Source of the DNA: an uncultured Acidobacteriota bacterium
GTDB taxonomy: Bacteria; Acidobacteriota; Thermoanaerobaculia; UBA5066; Gp7-AA6
NCBI GenBank assembly: GCA_963810205.1
Contig: CAWEMP010000018.1
Location: 96,265-160,264, forward strand
Reading direction: 5' to 3'
DNA: 64,000 nt
This document shows positions 30,056-39,321 of the stretch, one piece after another. The first letter of the stretch is position 1, and every line of letters starts with the position of its first letter. The notes under the pieces were generated by a model. It was not told where the DNA came from. It ran no database searches and saw only the letters and a program-made list of their open reading frames with translations. A program made the translations under genes and the position numbers.

Positions 30056-30817
30056 CTATTGGGTGCGCAGGCGGATCGTGCCGTTGACCGTTTCGCAGTG
30101 CAGGGACTCGCCCCCGCCGTTCAACTTGCCGCGGGCCTCCTTGGGCCCGAACTTGCCTTCGACCGGAAGCTCGAAGTCGCCTTCGATGTGGCCGTTCACC
30201 GTCTCGAGATCGTAGCTGACCGGCGAAGTCTTCGCGAAAGCGACGTCGATCGAGCCGTTGACCGTCTCGATCCGGCTCTTCCGGAGCGGCCCGTTGAAGG
30301 CCACGCGCACCGAACCGTTGACGGTCGACGCGCTCGTCGGCCCCTCGAGGCCCGCGAGCTCGATGGATCCGTTGACGGCGTCTCCCGAAAGCGTGCCGAG
30401 GAAGCCCGAGGCCACGACCTTTCCGTTGCACGTCTCGAAGCGCACCTCGGCCCGGGCCGGGATCTGGAGGACGTAATCCACGTGGGCGTTCGAGCCTCCG
30501 AAGTCCAGGAAGCCGAAGACGCGCCGCCGCTTCGGGTTGACGGTCTCGACGCGGATCTCGTCGCCCACCTTCTGGACGCGGATCTCGGTCAGGCGGAGCG
30601 TCTCCTCGGCGCGTGAGCCGTCGGCCTTTTTGAGGGCCCGCAACTTGAAGTACGGCTTCTCCCAGGCGGTCGCCTCGATGTGCCCGTTGACGTTCTCGAC
30701 GGAGACCCGGGTGACGCCCTCCATGGAGTAGGCTTTTTCGAAGACCTCCTCCTTGCTGCCCGCGAGCGCGGGAACGGCGAGGGCGAGGAGGGCGACCGCG
30801 AGGAAGACTTTACGCAT
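30056..30817 (-). CDS. DUF4097-like beta-strand repeat protein (putative adhesin fold), secreted
   Basis: Signal peptide MRKVFLAVALLALAVPALA. Repeated 'VNG.I' strands (VENVNGHIE, TVNGSVRV, TVNGSIDV, TVNGHIEG, TVNGTIRL). Confidence 0.7.
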   Translation of the reverse strand: MRKVFLAVALLALAVPALAGSKEEVFEKAYSMEGVTRVSVENVNGHIEATAWEKPYFKLRALKKADGSRAEETLRLTEIRVQKVGDEIRVETVNPKRRRVFGFLDFGGSNAHVDYVLQIPARAEVRFETCNGKVVASGFLGTLSGDAVNGSIELAGLEGPTSASTVNGSVRVAFNGPLRKSRIETVNGSIDVAFAKTSPVSYDLETVNGHIEGDFELPVEGKFGPKEARGKLNGGGESLHCETVNGTIRLRTQ

Positions 30818-30888
30818 GGCTCATCTGGATCTTAACTAACGGAAACGGGGACAAAAGGTTCATCGCTGGGGATGCGCCCCCGCATCTC

Positions 30889-31281
30889 TCATTCTGACCG
30901 GAGGATACGGATTCCCGTGCGCCGGTCCGACCTCCGGGGAGCCTCTCCGTCGGTGAGGACGGGCCAGGCTTCGTAGAGATTCCAGAGGGGCAGGAGGAGC
31001 GGCAGGTTCCTCCGGAGCGACCCCCAGGCCCCCGGGGGGCGGCCGTCCGGGAGGCGGGCCTCGAGCGCCAGCCAGCGCCGCGCCCGCCCGCCCCGGGCGT
31101 CCCGGAGCCCGAACGACACGGCCGCGCAGAGCCCGACCCCCGCCCAGATCCAGGGTATCGCCGCTCGGGCTGCCGGAAAATAGCGCCAGAGGACCAGGGT
31201 CAGGAGCAGGCCCGCCGCGTCCGCGGCGGCCGCGCAGACGAGCACGTCGAGAAAGAACGCGAGCAGGCGGGTCCGGCGCAT
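30889..31281 (-). CDS. RDD-family membrane protein
   Basis: RLLAFFLDVLV start and two to three TM spans. The size and layout are typical of RDD proteins. Confidence 0.6.
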   Translation of the reverse strand: MRRTRLLAFFLDVLVCAAAADAAGLLLTLVLWRYFPAARAAIPWIWAGVGLCAAVSFGLRDARGGRARRWLALEARLPDGRPPGAWGSLRRNLPLLLPLWNLYEAWPVLTDGEAPRRSDRRTGIRILRSE

Positions 31282-31286
31282 ATAGA

Positions 31287-32348
31287 GTGGGTGGCCGCGG
31301 AATTGTGAAGGGCGGCCACCCGATTGTGAAGCCCGAAAGCGTCAATTCGCCTCCGCCGCGCCCCCGGGGCGGCGTTCTCGCGGACTGTCACCTGCACTTC
31401 GAGGGGTGCCTGCCTCCGGCCGAGATCGAACGGCTCGCGCGCGCGGCGGGCCACCCGTTCGCCGACCCGGCCGCCTTCGAGGCCGCGCGCGGCGGCGTGC
31501 GGGATTCGCAGGGGTTTCTCGATCTCTTCGCCGAGGTTTGCCGGCTCTTCCGGCGGCCCGAGGACTACGTCGGCGCGGCGCTCGCGGTGGCGGAGTCGCT
31601 GGCTTCCGACGGCCTGCGTTACGCCGAGATCTACGTCTCTCCCGAGATCTTCCCGAGGATTGGCCTCGATGCCGCGGCCTGCCTCGAGGCGATCGACGTG
31701 GGATTTCGGGAAGGCCTCGAAACCCACGGCATCCTCTGCCGCATCCTGCTCGACGCCGTGAGGCACTGGGGTCCCGAGTCGGCCGACCGCGTGCTCGACC
31801 TCTACGAGCGCATGCCCCTGACCTCGATCGTCGGCTTCGGCATCGGCGGCGACGAGACCGCGGTTCCCGCCGCGGCCTTCGGCGGGATCTACCTGAGAGC
31901 GCGCGCGTTGAAGCTGCGAACGTCCGTTCATGCGGGAGAGTGGGCGGGGCCCGAGTCGGTCCGCGAGGTCCTCGACGCGCTCCGCCCCGACCGCATCGAC
32001 CACGGCATCGGGGCGGCGCAGGACGCCAATCTCCTCGCGCGCCTGGCCGAAGAGGACACCATCCTCTGTGTCGCCCCCACCAGCAACCTGAGGACCGGCG
32101 CCGTCGCCGACGCTGCGTCCCATCCGCTGAAGAAAATGCTCGCGGCGGGCGTTCGCGTGACGCTCTCGGCCGACGACCCGTCGCTCTTCGGGACGACGAC
32201 CGCCGGCGAGTACCGCTTCGCCCGGCAGAGTCTCGGGCTCGACGAGGCGGAAATCCGGACGCTCGCCGGCAACTCCTTCCACGCCGCCTTCTGCTCGCGC
32301 GAGGAGCGGGAAGCGGGGCTCCGGGCGCTCGCCGGCGCACGGGTGTAG
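31287..32348 (+). CDS. add: Adenosine deaminase family protein; start uncertain (GTG 31287/31305/31326)
   Basis: DCHLHFEGC (HxH metal site), VGFGIGGDE, SVHAGE, ITLSADDP-like VTLSADDPSLF. Confidence 0.8.
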   Translation: MGGRGIVKGGHPIVKPESVNSPPPRPRGGVLADCHLHFEGCLPPAEIERLARAAGHPFADPAAFEAARGGVRDSQGFLDLFAEVCRLFRRPEDYVGAALAVAESLASDGLRYAEIYVSPEIFPRIGLDAAACLEAIDVGFREGLETHGILCRILLDAVRHWGPESADRVLDLYERMPLTSIVGFGIGGDETAVPAAAFGGIYLRARALKLRTSVHAGEWAGPESVREVLDALRPDRIDHGIGAAQDANLLARLAEEDTILCVAPTSNLRTGAVADAASHPLKKMLAAGVRVTLSADDPSLFGTTTAGEYRFARQSLGLDEAEIRTLAGNSFHAAFCSREEREAGLRALAGARV

Positions 32349-32394
32349 CGGCGGCGCAGGCGCCGGCGAAGGAAGGCGGGGACGAGCCCCGCCC

Positions 32395-33015
32395 CTACGA
32401 CGAAGGCCCGATCCGGCGGACTTCGATCCGGGCGTCGGTCAGCGTCGCTTCGAGAGACTCGGCGATCGATCGGCGGACTTCGAGCTCGAACACCGGGTCC
32501 GGATCGAAGCGCTCGGCGAGAAGCCGGATCTCCGGCGGGCGCAGAAGGCGCCGCACCGCGCCGGCGCGCGCGTGCGTGGACCGCGCCTCGAGCCGTACGG
32601 TCTCGTAGACGGTGCGGGAGCCGCACGCGGCCAGCGCGATCTCCGCGGCCTCCCGGTACGCGCGCGCGAGTCCGCCGGTGCCGAGCTTGGTGCCGCCGTA
32701 GTAGCGCACGACCGCGGCGACGACGTCCGTCAGGCCCGAGGATTCGATCGCGCCCGCGATCGGCCGGCCGGCCGTGCCCGAGGGCTCGCCCGCATCGGAG
32801 GAACGGAGCGCCGCGCCGCGGCCGCCCGCGAGCTTCCAGGCGAAGGCCACGTGCGTCGCGTCGTGGTGCTCCCGGCGAAGCCGCGCGAGGAGCGCTTCGG
32901 CCTCGACGCTCGAGGCCGCGAACGCCGCGATCCCGAAGAACCGCGAGGCCTTCTCGCGGACCTCGCCGCGGCCCTCGCGAGCCGGGACCAGGCGCGCGTC
33001 CGATTCGGCCGTCAC
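32395..33015 (-). CDS. yigZ: YigZ/IMPACT-family protein
   Basis: SRFFGIA, HDATHVAFAWKL, DAGEPSGTAG.PI, VVRYYGGTKLGTGGL. The GTG start overlaps the bshA TGA (GTGA 33012-33015). Confidence 0.75.
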   Translation of the reverse strand: MTAESDARLVPAREGRGEVREKASRFFGIAAFAASSVEAEALLARLRREHHDATHVAFAWKLAGGRGAALRSSDAGEPSGTAGRPIAGAIESSGLTDVVAAVVRYYGGTKLGTGGLARAYREAAEIALAACGSRTVYETVRLEARSTHARAGAVRRLLRPPEIRLLAERFDPDPVFELEVRRSIAESLEATLTDARIEVRRIGPSS

Positions 33016-34139
33016 GCGCCGAGGGTCTTCTCGTAGAGGGCGCGATAGCGCGAAACCAGCGCCTCGGTCGGGAAGTCGCGCTCGGCCCGCCGCCGGGCCG
33101 CCGCCGAGAACGCCGACCAGAGGGCCGCGTCGGAAAGCAGGCTCGTCGCCGCCCGCGCCATGCCCTCCACGTCGCCGACGGGCCGGAGGTATCCGTTGAC
33201 GCCGTCCTGGACGACCTCGGGCAGCCCGCCCGCGGCCGTGCCGATGACGGGCACGCCGCAGGCCATGGCTTCGAGCGCGGCGAGGCCGAAAGACTCGGCG
33301 TCGGAGGGCAGGAGCATCAGGCGGGCGGCCGGGAGGATCGTCTCGATCGCGGCGACGTTGCCGAGGAACGTGGTCTTCGACTCGAAGCCGCCTTCCCGCG
33401 CCAGCCGCTCGGCGAGGGAGCGTTCCGGGCCGTCCCCGATGAGGAGCAGGCGCGCCGGCATGGCCTTCTGCACGCGCTCGAAGACCGCCAGCACGTCGCG
33501 CACCCGCTTGACCGGCCGAAAGTTCGAGACGTGCACGACGAGGGCCTCCCCCTCGCGGGCGATGGTCCGCGCGAACGGCGACGCGCCGTCCGGCCGGTAC
33601 TGCCGTGTGTCGACGAAATTCGGCACGACCTCGATCTCGCGCTTGACGCCGAACTCCCGGACCGTGACGTCCTTCAGGTACCGCGACACCGCGGTCACGG
33701 CGTCGCTCTGGTCGATCGACCACCGCGTGATCGGCAGGTACGACCGGTCCTGACCCACGATCGTCACGTCCGTGCCGTGGAGGGTCGTGACGACCTTCAG
33801 CCGCACGCCGTTGCCGTTGCCCATCTCGCGCGCCAGGATCGCGGAGATCGCGTGAGGCAGGGCGTAGTGGACGTGGAGCAGGTCGAGGTGCACCTGCCCG
33901 GCGACCTCGGCCATCTTCGTGGCGAGCGCCAGCGTGTAAGGCGGCGAGACGAAGAGGGGATACGACGGCGCCACGACCTCGTGGAAGTGGACGCGCGCGC
34001 GCGGCAGGTCGAGCCGCGAGGGCAGCGCATAGGAGATGAAGTGGACCTCGTCGCCGCGGTCGGCGAGCGCGATGCCGAGCTCGGTGGCGACGACGCCGCT
34101 GCCCCCGAAGGTCGGATAGCAGGTGATCCCGATCTTCAT
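33012..34139 (-). CDS. bshA: N-acetyl-alpha-D-glucosaminyl L-malate synthase (GT4)
   Basis: MKIGITCYPTFGGSGVVATELG N-terminus typical of BshA. GT4 E(x7)E region (PSDAESFGLAALEAMACGVPVI). Confidence 0.8.
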   Translation of the reverse strand: MKIGITCYPTFGGSGVVATELGIALADRGDEVHFISYALPSRLDLPRARVHFHEVVAPSYPLFVSPPYTLALATKMAEVAGQVHLDLLHVHYALPHAISAILAREMGNGNGVRLKVVTTLHGTDVTIVGQDRSYLPITRWSIDQSDAVTAVSRYLKDVTVREFGVKREIEVVPNFVDTRQYRPDGASPFARTIAREGEALVVHVSNFRPVKRVRDVLAVFERVQKAMPARLLLIGDGPERSLAERLAREGGFESKTTFLGNVAAIETILPAARLMLLPSDAESFGLAALEAMACGVPVIGTAAGGLPEVVQDGVNGYLRPVGDVEGMARAATSLLSDAALWSAFSAAARRRAERDFPTEALVSRYRALYEKTLGA

Positions 34140-34143
34140 GCGC

Positions 34144-34872
34144 TCAGAAGCCCGGCTCGGAGCCCTCGAAAGCCTGGACGAGGTCGGGGATGCGCGGCGG
34201 GCACCGGGCGAGAAAGCCCTCCGCGAACTCGACGTTGATCATCATGCCGAACTCGCGGGCTCGCGCCTCGATGACGTCGAGAAACTGTTTCTGCGCCAGC
34301 ATCGTCGCGGGCTCGGTCGAGCCCTCCTTGTGGAACTGGCTCTCGAACGCGCGCATGGCGGCCCGCCGCGTCTCGATCACGTCCGACACGTCGACGAGAA
34401 ATTCCGGGCGGCGCGAGTCGAAAGTCGAGAAGTACACGGTCTGCTGCGGCCGATGGGCGGGGTGCTGCGTCTCGAGCTTGCGCGTGCCGGCGTAGTAGCA
34501 GGCGTCGGTGACGAGCTGCCCGGCCCGCCGATGATCGGGATGGCGATCGTCGGGGAAGGGCGTCAGCACCAGGCGCGGCTTCTCCCGGCGGATCACGTCG
34601 ATGACGAGGAGCTCCTCCTCGCGCCCGCGCCGCAGCCCCCCGTCGCCCAGGTCGAGCGCCTCGCGAAAGTCGGCGCCGAGGATTTCGGCGGCGCGCCGGG
34701 CCTCGCGCGCGCGGATCTCCGGCGTGCCGCGCGTGCCCATCTCGCCCCGGGTGAGGTCCACGATGCCGAAGCGGTAGCCGCGCTGCTTGAGCTTGACCAG
34801 CGTGCCGCCGCAGGTCAGCTCGACGTCGTCCGGGTGGGCCGCGATGGCGAGGACGTCAACCGGCATTCGCAT
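34144..34872 (-). CDS. bshB: Bacillithiol biosynthesis deacetylase (LmbE/PIG-L family)
   Basis: VLAIAAHPDDVELTCGG, HPDH. The size and the position between bshC and bshA fit BshB1. Confidence 0.8.
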   Translation of the reverse strand: MRMPVDVLAIAAHPDDVELTCGGTLVKLKQRGYRFGIVDLTRGEMGTRGTPEIRAREARRAAEILGADFREALDLGDGGLRRGREEELLVIDVIRREKPRLVLTPFPDDRHPDHRRAGQLVTDACYYAGTRKLETQHPAHRPQQTVYFSTFDSRRPEFLVDVSDVIETRRAAMRAFESQFHKEGSTEPATMLAQKQFLDVIEARAREFGMMINVEFAEGFLARCPPRIPDLVQAFEGSEPGF

Positions 34873-36409
34873 CTCCTTCGTCGAGGCCCAGGTCCACGAC
34901 CGCGACTCCCGCGGCCCCGGTGCCCGCCACGCCGCGCAGTCCCGAAAGCACCTCCTCGCGGCCGAAGTAGAGCATCGCGGAGAGGGGAGGATAGATCCGC
35001 TCGGCGGGGATCTGGCCGACCGAGGGAAGCAGCGCCCGCTCGAGGCGCTTGCGCCGGTTGGACGACACGTCTCCCTTGCGTTCGGCCGCCTTGCGAGCCC
35101 GGTCGGCGAGCTGCTCGAACTGGTAGGCGATCTTCTTCGACGCGTTCTCGAGGGCGCCGGAAAGCGAGGCGTCCAGCCCCTCGAGGTCCGGGCCGAGCGC
35201 CGAAAGCTTCCGTTCGGTCGCGTGGGCCAGGTCCGAGAGTGCGTCGGCCTGCGGGACCGGCGCGGGAGGGGCGGCCGCGAACGGCTGGAGCAGATCTTCC
35301 TCGGGAATCTGAAGCTGCTCGGCCAGCCGCCGCTCGACGGGCCCGCGGACGACCACGTGCGTGCGCGGGAAGAGGACCGGCGGAGTGATCCCGAAGAGCG
35401 GAAAGATTGGAAGACTCTGGGCGTGATACGCGATCTCCGCCGCACCGAGCACGCTCGCCGCCATGGGGAAGAGATACGACTTCAGGGCCGGGCGGGTTAT
35501 GACGTCGGCCGAGGGGAAGGCCTCACCGGCCTTCACACGCGCGACGGCGGCGGGCACGTCCGCGACGCGGCGGCGGCCGTCTTCGTCGATGAGGAAGAAG
35601 GAAAAGCCCTCGGGCACGGGCGCGGGCACGGGCCGGCCCGCTCGGCGGAGATCCTCCTCGGTCCGGCGCAGCACCGCCGAGAGGGCCGCGGACTTCTCCG
35701 CGGCCGCGAGGAAGATCTCGGCGGTCGCGGGACGCGCCTCCGGCGCGAGCGGTTCGAGCACGAGAAGCGGCTCGGGCTCCACGAGATCGAGGAGCGTCTC
35801 GATGAACGCCTCGCCGTAGCCGGTCCCGGGCGCGCTGCGTCTCGCGAAGGCCTCGAGCACGTGGACCGCGGCTTCGTGACGCGCGTCGGGACGGAAGGCC
35901 TCGACGATGCCGCGGATCCCGTCCGGGATCTTCAGCCGGCCGACGGGTTGCCGGTTCTGCCGGTCCGCGCCTTCGAGCACGAGCTCCTGGGGCCCCTCCG
36001 GCGTCGGCCGCGCGGTGCGGGCGATTTCCTGGAGGTCGTGGTCGTCCGTCAGCGCCCAGAAGACGGGCGCCGCCGGCACGCCGCGACGCGAAAGCTCGCG
36101 CGCGATGCGGATGGCGTCGAGCGCCTTCATCAGCGTGAAGAGCGGGCCGGTGAAGATCCCGACCTGGTGCCCGGCGGACACGGCGACCGCGCGGCCGTCG
36201 GCGAGAGCCTCGGCCATCCGCGCCGCCTCTTCGCCCCGGTGGCGAAAGGCCGAGGCGGGAACGCGAGCCCGGACGCCCGAGGCGAGCAACTGCCTTCCGC
36301 GTTCCGCCGCGGCGTCGAGTGTCGGCGGATCGGGGAAGAACTCCGGGAGGCCCCGGAGGAAATCGAGGAAGAGCGGCGACAGGCCCGGGTACTTCGAAAA
36401 CGGGATCAC
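34856..36409 (-). CDS. bshC: Bacillithiol biosynthesis cysteine-adding enzyme
   Basis: 517 aa from GTG 36409. BshC-like N-terminus (YPGLSPLFLDFL) and length, with a coiled C-terminal region. The longer 785-aa ORF extension is Arg-rich junk. Confidence 0.75.
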   Translation of the reverse strand: MIPFSKYPGLSPLFLDFLRGLPEFFPDPPTLDAAAERGRQLLASGVRARVPASAFRHRGEEAARMAEALADGRAVAVSAGHQVGIFTGPLFTLMKALDAIRIARELSRRGVPAAPVFWALTDDHDLQEIARTARPTPEGPQELVLEGADRQNRQPVGRLKIPDGIRGIVEAFRPDARHEAAVHVLEAFARRSAPGTGYGEAFIETLLDLVEPEPLLVLEPLAPEARPATAEIFLAAAEKSAALSAVLRRTEEDLRRAGRPVPAPVPEGFSFFLIDEDGRRRVADVPAAVARVKAGEAFPSADVITRPALKSYLFPMAASVLGAAEIAYHAQSLPIFPLFGITPPVLFPRTHVVVRGPVERRLAEQLQIPEEDLLQPFAAAPPAPVPQADALSDLAHATERKLSALGPDLEGLDASLSGALENASKKIAYQFEQLADRARKAAERKGDVSSNRRKRLERALLPSVGQIPAERIYPPLSAMLYFGREEVLSGLRGVAGTGAAGVAVVDLGLDEGDANAG

Positions 36410-37140
36410 GCGGGCCCCCCGGGCTTGCGCGCGAGAACGATCAGGCGCGGCGAATCGGCGCCGACCGGCGCCTCGTCGAAGCCGCCCCACATGCCCTCGA
36501 CCGTGAGCCCCGCGCGGCAGAAGAGCTCGGCGAGCTCGTCGGCGCCGTATGCGCGCACGCTCTCGCGAAAGATCTCGGTCGAGCCCTCGCGGCGGACCTC
36601 GATCTCCTTTTCGATCCGGCGCGTCTCGGCGTTCCAGGAGCGGCGGATCGTGTACTGCTTCTCGCCGCAACATCGGCGCTCCTCGGGCACCAGGCGTCGG
36701 ACGACGTAGTCGCGGGCGAATGTGTCGCACAGGAAGGCGCCGCCGCGGCGCAGCACGCGCTCGATCTCGGCGACGACCGAGACGTTCTCGGACTCGCGGA
36801 GAAAGTATCCGAAGCTCGTGAAGAAGTTCACGACCGCCGCAAAGGACCCGTCCGAGAACGGCAGAGAGCGCATGTCGCCGCGGACGAGGAAGAGATGGCG
36901 GTCGCGTCGCCGTGCGAGATCGAGCAGCGGCGCCGAGTAGTCGAGCCCGATCGGCGCCACCCCCGCTTCGGCGAAGGGGACCGAGTGGCGGCCGGACCCG
37001 CAGCACAGGTCGAGCAGGGGCGCGGGTCCCGGCGGGAGGTGCGCCAGCGCGAACGCCGCCTCGCGGCGCGCCGCATCGAGGTCCCGGTGGGGATAGAGGT
37101 CGAGATACTCCTCGCCGAACCAGGACTCCCACCACGTCAT
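36406..37140 (-). CDS. Class I SAM-dependent methyltransferase (candidate bacillithiol N-methyltransferase)
   Basis: Motif I LLDLCCGSGRH, post-I GLDYS, motif II/III region. Its TGA overlaps the bshC GTG (GTGA 36406-36409). Confidence 0.75.
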   Translation of the reverse strand: MTWWESWFGEEYLDLYPHRDLDAARREAAFALAHLPPGPAPLLDLCCGSGRHSVPFAEAGVAPIGLDYSAPLLDLARRRDRHLFLVRGDMRSLPFSDGSFAAVVNFFTSFGYFLRESENVSVVAEIERVLRRGGAFLCDTFARDYVVRRLVPEERRCCGEKQYTIRRSWNAETRRIEKEIEVRREGSTEIFRESVRAYGADELAELFCRAGLTVEGMWGGFDEAPVGADSPRLIVLARKPGGPA

Positions 37141-37187
37141 GGCGCGCGATTATGGCAGAGGGGTCGGAGGCGTTAGAGTTGCCCGCG

Positions 37188-38525
37188 ATGAACGCTCTGC
37201 GGATCACGGTCATGCTTCTCGCGCTCCCCGTCGCCGCCGCGGCACAGCGGCCGCCGCGTCCGACGCCGACTCCTGTCCCGCCGTGCCGGTCCGCTGAAGA
37301 TCACCGCGCGCAAGGAGCGGATGGACCGCTATCTGCTCGCGGCGATGCGCCGGTCGGGCGTCGACATGTGGCTCGTCTTGACGCGCGAGAGCACGACGGA
37401 CCCGGTGGCCTTCGACGTGGCCGCGGAAAACGCGGTCGGCCGCGCCGCCTGTCTCTTCGTCGACCGCGGCGAGACCCTCGAGCGCGTGGCGGTCGTCGCG
37501 AGCTACGACACGAACGCCTTCGAGAAGTCCGGCCTCTACACGCGCGTCGTCCCCTACGGCAAGGAAGGCGCCGGCCCGGCGCTGAAGGAGCAGGTCGAGC
37601 GTTACTCGCCGAAGGTGATCGCCGTCAACCAGTCGAAGGACTTCGCCCTCGCCGACGGCCTGACGGCCGGCAACCTCCAGTGGCTGCGGGAGACGCTCGG
37701 GCCCCGATCTCTCGAAGCGGCTGGTCTCGTCGGAAGCCGTTCTCGTCTCGTTCCGCAGTCGCAAGACCCCGGCCGAGATCGCGAAGATGCGCGAAGCGGT
37801 CCGGAAGACCGAGGCGATCCTCGCCGAGGCGCTCTCGCCCGCCGTCATCACCCCGGGCAAGACGACCGAGAAGGACGTCGCCGACTTCATCCGCAAGCGC
37901 CGCCGCGAGATGGGCCTCGCCTCGTCGTGGGGCGACGACCACGACCCGAACGTGACGGCCGGTCTGGCGCGCGGGCACTCCGGCGCGACCGAGGCGCTGA
38001 TTACGCCGGGCGCCGTCATCCACATCGACGCGGGCGTCGACGACGCCGGGTACAAGACCGACGTCCAGCGCCTGGCCTACGCGCTGCGTCCCGGCGAGAC
38101 GCAGGCTCCCGAAGAGGTGCAGAAGGCCTTCGACACCGTGAAGGCGGCCAACCGCGCCGCCGCCGCGGCCCTGAAGCCCGGGGTCAAGGGCTCGGCGGTC
38201 GACGCCGCGGGCCGCAAGGTGGTCACCGACGCCGGGTATCCGGAGTTCGTCCACGCGACCGGGCATCCGATCGGGTTCTACACGCACGACCTCGGCCCCC
38301 TGCTCGCCCCGGATTGGCCCGACCGCTACGGCAAGCTCGGGGCCTACACGATCGAGCGCGATCAGACTTTCGCCGTCGAGCCGAGCGCTGCAGACGGAGC
38401 TGCCCTGGATGATGGGCGGCGCGGTCGGTTTCGGCCTCGAGGAGGACTACGTCGTGACCGAGAAGGGGAGCGAGCCCCTGGGCTCGCTGCAGGAGACGCT
38501 GATTCTGATCCCCGGCGCGCCATGA
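37188..38525 (+). CDS. M24-family Xaa-Pro aminopeptidase, probably secreted; 2-3 apparent frameshifts (~37280?, ~37702, ~38388)
   Basis: Signal peptide MNALRITVMLLALPVAAAAQ (frame a). Creatinase-like N-domain from RMDRYLLAAM (frame b). AEIAKMREAVRKTE...HATGHPIGFYTHD (frame c). GFGLEEDYVVTEKG tail (frame a). Confidence 0.75.
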
Positions 38526-39142
38526 AGGACACGCGGGTCGCGGCGGTTCTTCTGCTCGTCCTCACGGCCGCCTGCGGCGGCGGCCTCAAGACGGTGACGA
38601 AGGACGGGTACACCGCGGTCCTCGCGTACTCGTCCCGGGAGCGCTACGCGGTGGCCGTGCGCGGCGAGTCGCGGCGCATCGAGGGCGAAGCCGACGGCGC
38701 GCCCCTGGTGAAGGTCGCGCGGCCCGACTTGAAGAAGGTCTGGCAGTTCCGGCCGAAGACGAAGAAGCTCTTCGAGTCGGTCTGGGCGCCGACCGACGAG
38801 ATCGTGCCGGGCTATCCGCTCGAGCCGAACTTCGACCCGCGCGCCTACGCCGACCGTTTCGGCGCTCAGATCGAAAGGATCGGCGACGACACCCACGGCC
38901 TCCATCCCTGCGATCGCTGGCGCATGACTCTCCCGTCGGGCGACACGGTGACCATCTGGGCGGCGCGGGACCTCGAGAGCCTGGTCGTCAAGATCGAGCA
39001 CGTGAAGAAGGACGAGAACGACGAGTCCCAGCCGTTCACCACGACCGAGCTCCTCGACGTGCGTATCGGAGCGGACCCCGACCTCTTCGAGAGGCCCAAG
39101 GGCTACACCGAGGTGAAGAGCTACCAGGATCTGTCGAAGTAG
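38522..39142 (+). CDS. Hypothetical lipoprotein
   Basis: MKDTRVAAVLLLVLTAACGG lipobox. Its ATG overlaps the peptidase TGA (ATGA 38522-38525). Confidence 0.6.
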   Translation: MKDTRVAAVLLLVLTAACGGGLKTVTKDGYTAVLAYSSRERYAVAVRGESRRIEGEADGAPLVKVARPDLKKVWQFRPKTKKLFESVWAPTDEIVPGYPLEPNFDPRAYADRFGAQIERIGDDTHGLHPCDRWRMTLPSGDTVTIWAARDLESLVVKIEHVKKDENDESQPFTTTELLDVRIGADPDLFERPKGYTEVKSYQDLSK

Positions 39143-39156
39143 CTCTCCGCTCGATG

Positions 39157-39300
39157 TCGCCGTGAGGCATCATCCGTTCGCGGCGCGGATCGTCTCCCGA
39201 TCGAGGGAGGAGGAGGTCCGCGCCACTGCAGCCGTCATCCGCGAGGATCGCGAGCGATCGAGGCCTTGGGCGAGCCGTCGCCGGTCGCCGTGAGGCGCAG
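39157..39300 (+). repeat. Family-1 structured repeat, copy 3 (bounded by a 12-nt direct duplication)
   Basis: Contains gttcgcggcgcgga..tctcccgatcgagggaggaggagg..tccgcgcc. tcgccgtgaggc occurs at 39157-39168 and again at 39285-39296. Terminal cgcc-GTGA-ggcg hairpin. Confidence 0.6.
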
Positions 39301-39321
39301 ATCCTCGCAAGCGAGGCGCTG

